From Felis catus (taxonomy: Eukaryota), in the NCBI RefSeq assembly GCF_018350175.1, contig NC_058368.1, positions 188,730,001 through 188,794,000 on the forward strand: a stretch of DNA of 64,000 nucleotides. Reading direction: 5' to 3'. The notes under the pieces were generated by a model. It ran no database searches, was not told the DNA's origin, and worked only from the letters and a program-made list of their open reading frames with translations. A program made the position numbers and the translations under genes. This document shows, in pieces, positions 52,310-64,000 of this stretch; the first letter of the stretch is position 1; each line of letters starts with the position of its first letter.

Positions 52310-52715
52310 GCAGGTCGCCCTTTGGTTACACGCAAGAGAAACTGACTCTTGACAACTTAAGCAAAAATGTAGGAATCTATTGGAGAAATAACTGGTAAGC
52401 TTAAAAGTCAGAAAAAAAGTTGAATAATCAGGCCTTAGGATGATGAGTACATCAGGCAGCCCTGAGGATCTGGGTCATAGGAAGTAATGGTCTCTCAGGC
52501 TGCTGCCAGCCAAAGGTTTGGGCTCCTACCACCTTCTCTCCTGTGTCCTCCTCTTCTCAAGATTCAGCATCTCGAGAGAGAGAGAGTTGGATTGGCCTGA
52601 CTTGGCTATCAGTCTCCCTAAGATCATGATGAATAAACCAGGGACAGTTGACTAAAGGAAAAAGTACAAAGATGTGGTAGAGGGATTGGGCAGGAAAAAT
52701 GACAGACATCTACTA
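52310..52715. mobile_element. MLT1K/L-like LTR remnant
   Basis: ttggttac...agaaactgactc...aacttaagcaaaa and gattggcctgacttgg resemble MLT1. Confidence 0.5.
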
Positions 52716-53299
52716 GAATGGGCCAGGTCTACTGCAGATGGGCTCATAGCTTCTTCCATCTTTCTGGGCAGAGTCCTTCCTTCGTTCGTTCCTTCCTTCT
52801 TTCTATCAATCAGTTCACCTACTATGAGTACCTATTATGGGTTAGATAATGTGCTAGATGCTAGTAATAGGGTACTTAAGAGTTCAGGTGTCATAAGATA
52901 GACTCCAGAGACAGAGGGGTTGGGAATAATGATGTCCTTTCCCCACAGTGCTGCTCCAGTCAGCCCATAAGACACCATTCCCAACTCTAATTAGTTTGCA
53001 GCAGGCATAGAAGGCCTCCTATACCCCTCCAGGAAGTTCTTCAAATGTCACCATCCTGGCTTCTACTCATGTTAGTAATTGCTTCTAGTAATTTTTTCCT
53101 GTATGTATTTATCTGTATAATTTGCAGTTTATGAATTCCAACTCATTTATGTTTCTTCAGAAGTATTCTTATATCTTTTTCACGGGCAGTTGTGTTTAAA
53201 CCCCCATTAACTTTCCAGGCACCCAAGAACACACACAATGTTTCTACTTTTAGTGGCCTTTCCTACCTACTTCATCCTTGAGTGTCTAGTAATAGAAAA

Positions 53300-54090
53300 A
53301 AGCTCAGGGTTATGGAACCCACATCTAGCTGTGTGACTTTGGAAGCCTTCTGAACCTCTCTGTGCCTTCTTCATTCTCTCATCTGTCAAATGAGGTAATC
53401 CCTGCCCCACCCTCCTCATCAGGTTCTTGTAGGATCAAATGAAATAATGGATGTTAAAAGGCTTTGAAAAGTTGAAAGTGTTCTTAAAACCCAAGGGACT
53501 GTTAGGATTCTGTGGCTTTAGGGTAGAGGGTTGAATATGAACAGTGATGACTCATAGTAAAGAAAATAAAAATAATAGCAATAGCAGTCCAGCTTTTTCC
53601 AGCGTGTATTATTCTTCAGGCACTACGCTAAGCATTTACATGGATTATCTCATGTAATGGCACTGATTAGCCTATATGGGAAATAGTAGCACCACCTTTT
53701 ACAGAAGAAACTGAAGCTCAGAAAAGTGAAATAGTTTGCCCAAAGGCACACAGTTGATGTACATGGGAAGCCTGAATTTTACTGAAATCTGTCCACTTTA
53801 TCTCCATAGCTAGAACAATAAATGTCGCCTAGTGATACTTCTCAAGATCTCTTAGTTCTAGGATAAGAAGCTTCACTGTTAATGCAGTGTTAGAAATATG
53901 GGCACTGGAATTGGGCAGCCTCTGCTTTAAGTGTGTCTAACACTTTGGAGCTGTGTGGTCCAAATGGGTAATTCAGTCTCTCTGAGCCTCAGATTCCTTT
54001 TTGTGAAATGGTGGTGATAACGGTACCTTATTTGTAAGAGTGCTTAGCAGAAGCATATATGAAAAACTATAAAAATAGTAATCATAATCA
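53300..54090. mobile_element. Cluster of three MIR fragments (+, -, +)
   Basis: Cores at ~53325-53450 (+), ~53690-53755 (-), ~53950-54030 (+). Confidence 0.75.
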
Positions 54091-54289
54091 CCATTAATTA
54101 GATGTTGGGTGATTGAATTGCTAAGCTGGGGTCCAGACAAGGGTTATATAAGTCTGGCAAATCCAATGAAATGAGAGAGATTAAATTCTTAGGAATTTGC
54201 TCTTTCCTTCCCTCAACCTCACAGCTTATAGAAGTCTTCAAATGTGACTTAATTCAGCTCTCAAATGCATTTGGTTAGGTCTGCAATAT

Positions 54290-54499
54290 ATATGAGACAA
54301 CAATATCATCAAATCAGAAGATTTCACATTTAAATCTGTATAGTGGGCTTTTCTTATAAAATTAGAGAATATATAAGCATGGGCTCAGAGGCCTACCTGG
54401 CAACTCCCAGCTTTGCTGATGATAACTCCTTTCTTTATGTGGGGGTAGGGGTGTAACCCTCTTGTGTGTTTCTGTGGGAGTTTGAGTTCGAGCTCCCTG
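54290..54499. mobile_element. MER102-like hAT remnant
   Basis: aaatcagaagatttcacatttaaatc and terminal tttgagttcgagctccctg. Confidence 0.5.
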
Positions 54500-54562
54500 C
54501 CTGAGAATCACCCAAGTCAGCCTGAAAAGCTAGGGGAGGAGATAGAATTGACTCTTTCTAAT

Positions 54563-54710
54563 AAAAGGAAGGAAGGAAGGAAGGAATGGAGGGAGGGAGG
54601 GAGGGAGGGAGGAGGAAAGGAAGGAAGGAAATGAGGAAGGGAGGAAGGAAGGAAATGAGGAAGGGAGGAAGAAAGAAAGGAAGAAAGGAAGAAAGGAAGA
54701 AAGGAAGAAA

Positions 54711-54755
<45 letters not shown>

Positions 54756-54762
54756 GAAGAAA

Positions 54763-54840
<78 letters not shown>

Positions 54841-54864
54841 AAAAGGAGGGAAGGAAGAAAGAAA
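54563..54864. repeat. Compound purine microsatellite (GGAA/GGGA/GAAAGGAA/GAAA)n
   Basis: ~300 bp of purines with only three T interruptions. Confidence 0.97.
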
Positions 54865-55757
54865 TAACATATCTAGTCCTGAGATGCAACCTGTCCCTAA
54901 TTGTATCCAGGTCTTGTCATCAGTACTCACTTGCACTTGCCATACCCTGAAGTAGAAGGCAGCCCCCACCCCCAACCCCGGCTCTGCTCCTGCCCCACTG
55001 CAGACTAAGGAAGGGGAGATGAAAGGGAAAACCAGAAAGAGAGGGACGGGAAATACGTTGTTTCTTAATTAAGCTGGGGAAGGAGACAGGGGCTGGAAGA
55101 GACAGTGCGGCTTGTGGCTCGGCATTTATCACGCTGTTGCCCCCTGACCTGGGGGCTGTGCTGGACGGAAGAGCCGGTCTGCTCGGAATGGCTTTGCTGA
55201 TATGCCATTCCTGGGGTAAGTGGTTATTGATGAGGGGGCTTAAGTGGCATATGGAGGATACTAGCCCAAGAGCTAATGCTCTGGGCTCCTGCAGTATATG
55301 CATCTCCTGGGAGACTGGCTCCACAGTCTTGTCCATGCTTGGATTCAGGAGATGAGCTGCATGGGCTCCATTGGCATCCAAGTCAAAGGACTGTTCCCTT
55401 CCTCCTCCTCTCCTTCTCCCAGACACTAGACTAGGAGTTAGAAATCTGGACTTTCCATTTGGGATTTCTGACTTTAGACTCTGATGCCTCTGTTTTAATG
55501 GCTTTACTACCAATCTGAGGAAAAGGAAAAAAAAAGTGCATTAGTAGCTTTTGGGATGATGGTGATGTGGGAGGTGTCACATCAGCAAAATTCAGAAAGA
55601 ATATTTGGATCTAGAACTTTGCAAAAAAGAGAGGAAATTTTTGAAAAGAAAAAAGGAAGAGAAAAAGTAAAGGCAGAGAGAAAACAGACTTTTGCACCTC
55701 TTATACCTTTTCTAGGGAATATTAGGATTCAGAAGGTTTTAGAAATCATCTCTCCCA

Positions 55758-55936
55758 GCAGTACTTAGCTGGGGCCTGGCATTGGAATTTCCTGAGAATC
55801 TTTAAAACAAATACTGATGTTTAGTCCTTGCCTCTAGACATTCTGATTTAATTGGTCTGGGGTAGAGCCCAGGCACTGGCATTTTCTAAAAAAAATCCTG
55901 AGGTGATTGTAGAGCACAGCCAGGTTGAAAACATTG
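55758..55936. mobile_element. MER5A/B-type hAT MITE
   Basis: attctgatttaattggtctggggtagagcccaggcactggcatttt...ggtgatt...cagccaggttgaaaacattg. Confidence 0.8.
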
Positions 55937-56744
55937 ACCTAACACCTTCCCTTTATGGTCAAGATAAGTGATGTTCAGTGACTTCCAAATGGGCACAAAG
56001 CTGGTTAGTGGTAAAACTACCACTAAAAACCTAGGCTGTCCATTTCTCAACCCAGGAAATCTTGCAAATATCATTCTTGTACCACTTTCCTGATTCTTGC
56101 CATATCCTTGTACCGACTGTACTATTTTAAAAAATAAATTTATTTACGTCAGCTCTTTAAACTTGACTTTATTTGAAAAGGAGACTTTATAGCACTGCCG
56201 TAAGTGGCCGTTCAGCCTCTCCTGCAGGAAACAGAAAGTAGCCACAGGGTACATGCAATGAAAAGAAAGCAGCATCGTGATGTTGTAGGTGGAGGCCACT
56301 GCCTGCCAGTGATGCTGCCATACACAGAGACTGACAAGTCTTAGGTGTTCAAGAAATGCTAGCGCCCCCTGAGACTTTCTCACGGACTTCATTAGAACAA
56401 TAAGGGAAAAATTAAAAAGGGACAGATCTTCTCAATATGTGACTTGATGGTTTTTGATACTCATGTACTTGCACCACTAACATAGTCCTGAGTACATCAT
56501 TACAGGTGCTGCTTCTTTACCTTGAGGAAGTGATGGTGATACTTATAAGAAAAAGTACTCTATTTGACGGCCAAGCATACACGAAATAAAAAAGTGAAGT
56601 TTAAACATAGGTCGTCAGACCAGAGACTTGAGAAACGTAGAGAATAGAAACTAGAAACCTGAAGCAATCATGAACAGAGTCATAGAAATCAATTTTCAAG
56701 CCCCCGAGGATTTTAACGTTGATGATTGTGGCTATTTGTATGTT

Positions 56745-56842
56745 TTGTTTTGTTTTTACAAATTAAAAAACCTTAAATGTTTTTATTTATTTTTGAGAGC
56801 GAGAGAGAGAGAGAGAGAGAGACAGAGTACAAGCAGGGGAGG

Positions 56843-56883
<41 letters not shown>

Positions 56884-57010
56884 TCTGAAGCAGGCTCCAG
56901 GTTTCAAGCGGTCAGCACAGAGCCTGACATGGGGCTTGAGCCCACAAACCGTGAGATCATGACCTGAGCCGAAGTTGGACACTTAACTCACTGAGCCACC
57001 CAGGCACCCC
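56745..57010 (-). mobile_element. Can-SINE with expanded (GA)n
   Basis: 16-bp TSD tggctatttgtatgtt at 56729-56744 and 57013-57028. Confidence 0.95.
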
Positions 57011-57288
57011 ATTGGCTATTTGTATGTTATCATTAGTCACACCCTGTAGGTGGTGGTCCTGACTAAAGTGATAAGCTGCAGTTAGAGGAGCTGGAGGTGC
57101 CAGATGGTTCCTTTTGCTATTTTACCCCTTCTTTTGGGATTCTGAGTATGACTTGGATGTTTATGAGATTCATGGGAAATTAGCTGCTAACCAGAGGACT
57201 CAAATATTATAACAGTAACCAGCATTTTAATTCTATTTTTGTTACTGAATCTATGTTCAAAGAGATACTTCTATTTTCTTCATTTGGT

Positions 57289-57318
57289 TGTGTGCGTGTG
57301 CACGCACACACACGTGCA

Positions 57319-57354
<36 letters not shown>
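57289..57354. repeat. Alternating purine-pyrimidine TG/CG/CA repeat
   Basis: tgtgtgcgtgtgcacgcacacacacgtgcacgcg(ca)n. Confidence 0.92.
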
Positions 57355-57357
<3 letters not shown>

Positions 57358-58599
57358 GCAGGATGAGGTTCTGTCCAGATAAAGTACTAGAATATTCTTT
57401 AGTTCTTATAAAAAATGGCCTATCCTCAGCTTGGATTCCATTTATTCCAGGTTTTGGCTGAGCACATTATCTCTGGTTTTGGTCGTTGCCTCCTCCCTCC
57501 AGACCCTCACCCCCACCCACTTGGTAGATTCTCTTTCCAAATTGAAATATCTGCTTCGTATTCCCTTTGATTCTCCAAAGGCATTAGAGCCGATAGGGAG
57601 TCTTAGTCATTCAGTCAATACTCTTTGATACATTTACCTAAATGGCATGTTCTTCCTCGTGTCGTTGCATCCACGCAGTAATTAAATGTGCCTTCAGACA
57701 GTATTGAAGGTAGGTAGTCTGAGCTTATTGCTTAATTAGTTCGGGTTTGTCCTGCAGTTTCCCATCACTGTGCAATCAATACTGCTGTAGAGAACATTCC
57801 ACCAATATTGGGAAAAGATGCCTCCTGCGTCCACGAGTGGATGCAGTGGAGTTCAGCTGTGTTGTAAGTTAGTCATATTGGAAATATCAAGTCATCTGTA
57901 ATTCCATAGAGCTGGCTAAAGGAACATGCCTCTTCAAAACACATTATTTACACAAAAAACCCCTACCTGCTTCCTTGGGGTCTGCTCTTCCTTTCTCCTT
58001 CCATGTCTTCAGGTTACTAACAATTTCACCCAAATGAAAGATACCGCTTGAAATGCTTGCTGCCGAAGGGAACTCTTGTGCTATTTTACCACATTTTGGG
58101 CCATCCGCAGTAATTTGATTCAAATAAAAAGCTGATATCTTCCTAACAAGAGCTCTGTCACAGGCCTGAGACACTATGGACTGAGGGAGTCACGAACCTC
58201 CATGATGTGTATCCGGAACTCGACACAAAATGTGGCCTATGGAGCCAGAGGCCAGGACCACGTGTCCTGCAGACTCAGCCTCCTGAGGTGACCAGGCCAT
58301 GTTTTCCATGGTTTGTTGTGTGGAATTTCCTTCCAGGGTAATTTGGGTTAAATCGAGAGCCTCATATATAGGACACTGGGTGAGAGTTTGGCCCTATTCA
58401 GATCACAAGCCCATCTCTTCCTGTAAATGCCAAGTGGATGATATTCTCCAAATCAAGTGATCATGGCTATTTTATTAAATTACTTGTAGCTGGACGGCAG
58501 TTTTCAAAGACAGCAAGCTGTATCTGTGATGGAAAAACCCCAGCAGGGCAAAAGTAATTAGACTCTGCATATCTTGTCAATAGGGCTTTTTGTTTGGTT

Positions 58600-58805
58600 A
58601 TTAATTCATTTATTCAAAAAATATTTTTTGAGTACCTATAGTATGTCAAGCACTATGTCAGGATATGGAAACATAGCAGTAGACACGGCAGACAAAGTTA
58701 CAGCCCTGAGGTAGCTCAGTTAATTCTTTTTAATCTTTGCATTGTCTAACCCAGTGTCCAACATACAGTAAGTAGTCCCTCAATAAATGATTGTTAACTT
58801 GAATA
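58600..58805. mobile_element. Two L2 3'-end fragments (-, then +)
   Basis: attcatttattcaaaaaatattttttgagtaccta... and cagtgtccaacatacagtaag...ctcaataaatgattgttaa. Confidence 0.7.
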
Positions 58806-60866
58806 GAAGGTATGCACCAGTGCATCATCGCCATCTGTGTTTTTAAGCTTTGGTTAATCTGCACCTTTGACTGAGCCTTACTGTGCACATAATACCATTA
58901 GTAACTACTCGAGCAGCTAATATTTATTTAATAAAATGTCAGCTGAGTTGCATTCATTAGTTAGTTGTCTCAGGGCAGTTTTCTATTTGACCTAAAGATT
59001 TCTAAAGACATTTCTAGTCATGTTGGAAAAACCCGCCTACCTATCTATCATTGGAGGATTTCAATTACTTTGTGTTTTGGTCTAGGCTGGTAGTAACTTA
59101 TTTTGAATTCTCTTGCCCAAGCCATTAATTGGCAGTTGACTCCCATGTGCATAGCTCATAGTGGGCACATAGTAGGCAGTTAAATAGGTTCTGGTTGAGT
59201 GAACCAGATGCAGACTTATGTTTTGCTATATGTGTCTACTGGACCCTTGGTTTTTTGTTTTTGTTTTTTGTAAGATTCTAGCAACACTGTTTTGATGAAA
59301 TATTTTTTAAAAATAGCAATTTTTTCAAGTCTGCCAATGCATTTCTGCAAAGTAACCTTTGTTTCTTGCACTATTTTGCTAGGAGCTTAGGGATTATACC
59401 ATATGTACAACAACAACATAAAACCTTTAAAAATGCAGAACTTGGAGTACTTGACTGTTTGTAAAGTATTTTTAAATTAATTTTTAATGAGTTTTAATAT
59501 TTTAATATTGTACTGATTTTAAGTAAGAAAGTTGTTCTTGTGTTAGACAGTGTACAATATTACTTCATGGGATAATGTTTAATTAAAATACACTAATTTA
59601 TGTATTTGTTTATTAGCTTTATCCCTAAAGCAGAGGGAACTGCTGCATAATTTTATGAAAAATGTAAATGAGGGTTTTGGCATCACTAATAAAGTTAAAT
59701 TAGCATAGGTAAAAATGTATGCTTTCACTTTCAAAACTTTATACAAGAGAACCTTAAGATGTTGATTTGACATATAATATAGATCACTTTTCAGTGAAAA
59801 GATTAAACTCCCATGAATACAACCTTCTATTTTTCTAATTTCCTTTTTGCTTTATTAGGTTTTACCTGATTTGTTCTTGTCTCAAAACATTTTCTCTTAT
59901 TTCTATAATTGCAGGAGTCATTTTGATGCAAGGATATTGTAGTAAGGTTTGTTTTTTTTTTTTAAACATTTGGAAATAGTTAGCTCCCCTCACTCAGTAC
60001 GGTCCACTTTGAGTATTGATGTAACAAATGAGAAACACCTTATTGAATGTTATATGTTCTTTACTGATTTAGCTTACCCCTAACTTCGATTTTACGCTCC
60101 TTGAGATTGGGGTCTGGTTTTCGTGAACTTTTGCTGCAGTTTTGACGTCCTTCATATTTTGGATATAAGTAATAATATCATAGCCTTAACCTTATTATTA
60201 TGGAACTTATCAGCTTATTTTTCCTTTAAAAATTGTTTAAATCTCTTGATATAGGCAAAGAGAAAGAATGAAGAGGAATGGCATACTCTGGTTTTTCAGA
60301 GTTTTATTTAAATGTTCTAGGTACCCTTACGCAAACATCTACTGTGTTTCCTGTCCTGGGTTCAGGGGGCCAAGGGTACCTTCAGTAGCATCATGTTTCC
60401 AAGCAGAAAAGAAAGCAGATTCCAAGTGCATTTAAAAGGGGACAGCCCTGAGGTATTTTCTCCCCATTCTTCCTTTGTTAGTTATTTATATTCACACTTC
60501 TTCACTTCACTACGTTCCTTAGTAAACAGCTTGCAGGGGGGTTGATGTTTGTTAATGAACTGTCAATAAACACATGTTCTTCCAGACTTCTTAAAAAAAG
60601 ACTCTTTTGGGGGTGAGCATGCTGGTTTCCAATTCCTGTTCGCGCCCTGGAGACAGAGAGAGGAGTCTTGGCCGTGGACCCGGCCTCAGAGCTGGGCAGG
60701 GTTGCAATCACGTGGTGAAAGTGCAGCCTTTGTGCCCGGAGGAAAGCGGCAGGTTTTGACAGAGTGTGTGGTAGTAGTTTTAAGGACGAAAGTCGGGAAG
60801 TGTTTGGAAACAGGGTTGCTAGCATTCCCAACAAAGCTGGGGAAGTCTCTCCAAAGAACAAAAGGC

Positions 60867-60867
<1 letters not shown>

Positions 60868-60913
<46 letters not shown>

Positions 60914-60928
60914 GTGCACACACACACA
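60868..60928. repeat. (AC)n microsatellite with cgcgtg interruption
   Basis: Direct reading. Confidence 0.95.
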
Positions 60929-62329
60929 TCAGGGTGAGCACTCTCTTCCCTGTTGATATTAGAGTGAGTCAGAGGCTGACCCTTGTTGGAAGAGAGGACA
61001 AATAACCACATCTTTGTTGAGGGGAATAAGGTCTAGTCATTTTCTTTCTTTTCTCCTGTTCCTTATTCTCTCTTTGGCTCCTCTTTTCTCTTGATTGCTA
61101 AAAATCTCCACTGAAGTATCTAATCAAGTCCTTATGACTATAAAATGTCAACAGAGAGGAACCCCAGTCATTTGGAAAAATAACACTTTCTTTTCCACCG
61201 TGGTTCACTCAACGTGACTTGTGGGCAGAGGGAAAAGAATGATATGTTACCCGGGGGGTGGACACGGTGGAGAGGCCAGAAGCATGCCCTTTTGTTGTTG
61301 GCAGTCTGAAGCTACAAATTAAACAAGAGAAACTTAGAACGGCCTTTAAAAGAAACTATTTATAATTTCATTAGTATTATTACTGCCCTCTATTCACTGT
61401 GAAACAAATTGTCCCAAGAGCAACAATTCTGGAAATTTGTGCTTTAGAAAAAAATGTTGAATTTCCCAGTATCCTTGTCTGTTTTTTTTTCCCTTAAAAA
61501 TTTCATGCATTGTTAGGGAAGAAAAGTCTAGTCTAACTCACAAATGCATCCTTATTCTCATGTATATTTGATACCGGCCCCAGTCTAATCTGATAAAGTG
61601 CACTTTGCCTGTGGTGTCTTACAATAAGCTGGCTGCATTAGTGCCGGGAAAAATCAATACCGATTTATAATTTACCATCGCAAAAACCTATCACTTTTTA
61701 TGACCCTCCATCCTGGCTCATTAATATTACATTAAAACACACACACCCACTGCAACAGGGGGAAATTGTAGCTTGTCAGGTTTACAGCCATAAAGAAACC
61801 TTTAATTGGGCTTAGTTTGGGAATTCAGGCACAGATTTTGTTTATTTGTTTTCTTTTTAATATATCATATTTACCTTGGTGGATTTTAAGATGGTGCATA
61901 ATATACCTATCTATTTCTCTGTAAAGAAAGAAGAAAAGTGTGTCCCAGAAATTCTGAAATATACTTGCACAAAGCTCTCCGAGTATATATTTTAATTGTA
62001 CCTAATAGTATCTTGCCTGTTTTTCTGTAGGCTCCAAACCCTTTTCACTTCCTTCTTTTTTCTTTCTGTGTGAGTGTGGGATTTCTTTCTCTCTGTGCAG
62101 AAGCATTCCAGCTGATATTCTCTTATCTTTTTGGTTTGTCATAGTTGATATTTATTTTGCCCCTCCTCAGATCACGAAGAAGCTAAATGCCATCTTTTGC
62201 ATTGTCTGTCTCCCAAAGAAAGGATGCATATTTGATATTTCTTCCACACTGAATGGAGAATATTACGCTGACCCTGCTTAGAAACGTAATGGTTCTCCCA
62301 GTGCTTGCTTTTCCCCAGCAGAGAACTAT

Positions 62330-62332
<3 letters not shown>

Positions 62333-62368
<36 letters not shown>

Positions 62369-62374
62369 GTACGT
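62333..62374. repeat. (GT)n microsatellite
   Basis: Direct reading. Confidence 0.95.
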
Positions 62375-62779
62375 CCTCAATTCTTTCACCTTAAAGAAAC
62401 CCCAGAAGAAAAATTAACAATACTCTTTCCTTAACCATGTCTATTAAGCAGCTTTGCCCTCATATGTTTTTAGACTTAAAAGTCTTATATCTAAATTCTT
62501 TCCAGATAATGTAAAAAAAAAAAAATGATGTCACTGTTTATGTTGGCAGCTGCAAGGTGCTCTATTTATTTCATACTATTCAAATAGTTTCCAGGGAATT
62601 TTTCCTGTTAATATCACGAAGAACCAACCTTACCACATGGCTTGCTCCCTTTCCCTGGCTGCCTGAAAGGTTAAGGTCTTTTCCCCCCCTCTCAAAAAGA
62701 GGTAAAATGAAGTGTAAAGCAGAGCCAAATAAATAAATAAATAAGGGGAAGGGGAAATTCAGTGTGTTCTCAAGTGTGC

Positions 62780-63010
62780 AGTAGATCCGCACCGTGCAGC
62801 AAATACATGTCGTGATTGGGTTTTTAAAAGACGTCCGCCTCGCCTCTGACTGACAGGGCCTATTGATTTTTTAGGTTTCTGCCGTCATCGGTTTCCAGCC
62901 TCACAGCGGCCGCGTGTCGGGGGTCAGGGCGCACCGGGGCGCAGTGAGCCAGCCCTCGCCACTTCCCAAAGTGAAGGGCCGCTGAAAGAAAATCAATCAT
63001 GTCATAAGTG
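62780..63010. promoter_or_regulatory. Small CpG-rich patch, candidate enhancer or alternative promoter
   Basis: Highest non-SINE CpG density in the window; ATTGG 62815-62819, TGACTGACAG 62847-62856, ATCAATCA-TGTCA 62992-63004. Confidence 0.4.
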
Positions 63011-64000
63011 AGAAGCATCAAAAATTTTCCCCCTGTATGGCCAAGACCCATCAGCCTGTCTCCACTCAGTAGCTAAGGTTAGGCATCTGTCAAGTCAGAC
63101 TAGGTGAAAAGTATTAGAAATGCCAGTTAACCCATGGGTAGACTGTGGAGGTGCGATGCTGCCTCTTCCCTTTGTCTGGCCATCCCGGGATGATGCGATT
63201 GGCATTCTCACTTAATTTTGGAGCTAGCATCACCCATTTTCCATCCCTTTAGCCTCTGTGTCTCTCTCTACTCTTCCCCCTCTTAAGGCAGGAAGCACTG
63301 GGGCCTGGGACCCTGTTTACTTAAGAACTAGTGAAGAGTCAGAATGGATGCTTTCTCCTAGGAGCCCACTGGGAAGGCAGCGCTTGTGTTTTACCAAGTC
63401 ACAGAATGTATTTCCCCAGGTGAGACAGATTTCCTCCACCCATTTCGTATCTAGCTTTGGAAACAAACATTGCACAGATAGCTCTAATTGTAAAATTAAT
63501 TGGGCACATCACATGGTAGGAAATTTTTATTTGACCACTGTGTTGATGTTTCTGAACTGATTGGGCACTAAATTTTCTTCCTGCTCAACGAATTGGGAGG
63601 AAATATATTTTTGCTTCTCAGAGAAATGATCAGGAGTATGCCATTCATTTTAAAGTGCCTTTTTATATTTATTACATTTCAAATCTATAGAATTCAACTG
63701 CATAGTTTGGCGAAACAAACATTATTAAGTGACTAGTGTGGAGAAACCCTTTGACGTTTACCTTCTAATTCTGCATTTGGTAATTGGCTAGAATGTGATG
63801 ATAGGTACCTTTCAAGATATAAATTATGGACAATGTATTCTGTGGGGAAAATGATAGGCTTTGATTCTCAAAGTTTAGTTTGCATTTATTTTAATCAATA
63901 CAGTTTTTTAAATGAATAGTTTTGTTTGCTTGTCTATTTTTGCTGGTCAGGAAGGGTGGGTTGGAGCACTGGCTGATGTCAGGCTGGTCTTACCTCGTGC

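Noticed and set aside
54517..54975. ORFs of 93-152 aa rich in F/L/S or K/E/R
   Set aside because: Translations of the purine microsatellite, which lacks stop codons
54920..55513. Longest ORF (197 aa, minus strand)
   Set aside because: No recognisable domain, non-ATG start, no supporting exon structure; plausible by chance in GC-richer sequence
790..57010. tRNA-like A/B boxes and dispersed ~200 bp repeats as tRNA genes or a CRISPR-like array
   Set aside because: They are tRNA-derived SINE heads with CT bodies, A tails and TSDs, irregularly spaced; no cloverleaf or repeat-spacer periodicity
60502..61011. ORFs with VCVC/HTHT runs (also 379-929, 48681-49017, 62183-62389)
   Set aside because: Dinucleotide microsatellite read-through
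63988..63996. Consensus-like minus-strand donor GAG|GTAAGA at the window edge
   Set aside because: Single motif with no visible exon or acceptor; expected by chance in 64 kb
1..64000. Naming the host gene or exact species
   Set aside because: No recognisable coding exon; needs a genome alignment, which I cannot run

Overview
Mammalian non-coding DNA, almost certainly from a cat-family (Felidae) genome, because it carries many tRNA-derived Can-SINEs of the felid SINEC_Fc type. I found no credible protein-coding gene, RNA gene, CRISPR array or prokaryote-type system; the listed ORFs read as chance or repeat-derived frames. The window holds 15 Can-SINEs (most with readable target-site duplications), one young 5'-truncated L1, old L1/L2/MIR/MLT1 remnants, hAT and Tigger-like DNA-transposon fossils (including a long Charlie1a-like copy), microsatellites and a ~300 bp purine tract. 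Between the repeats are repeat-free islands rich in homeodomain/TALE (PBX, MEIS, HOX) motifs that look like enhancers. Retroelement orientation bias and a few well-formed splice-site pairs suggest a long intron of a + strand gene that I cannot name. Repeat family names come from recalled consensus sequences, not a search, and old-repeat boundaries are approximate. I did not find a convincing new biological system; the findings are modest, testable observations.
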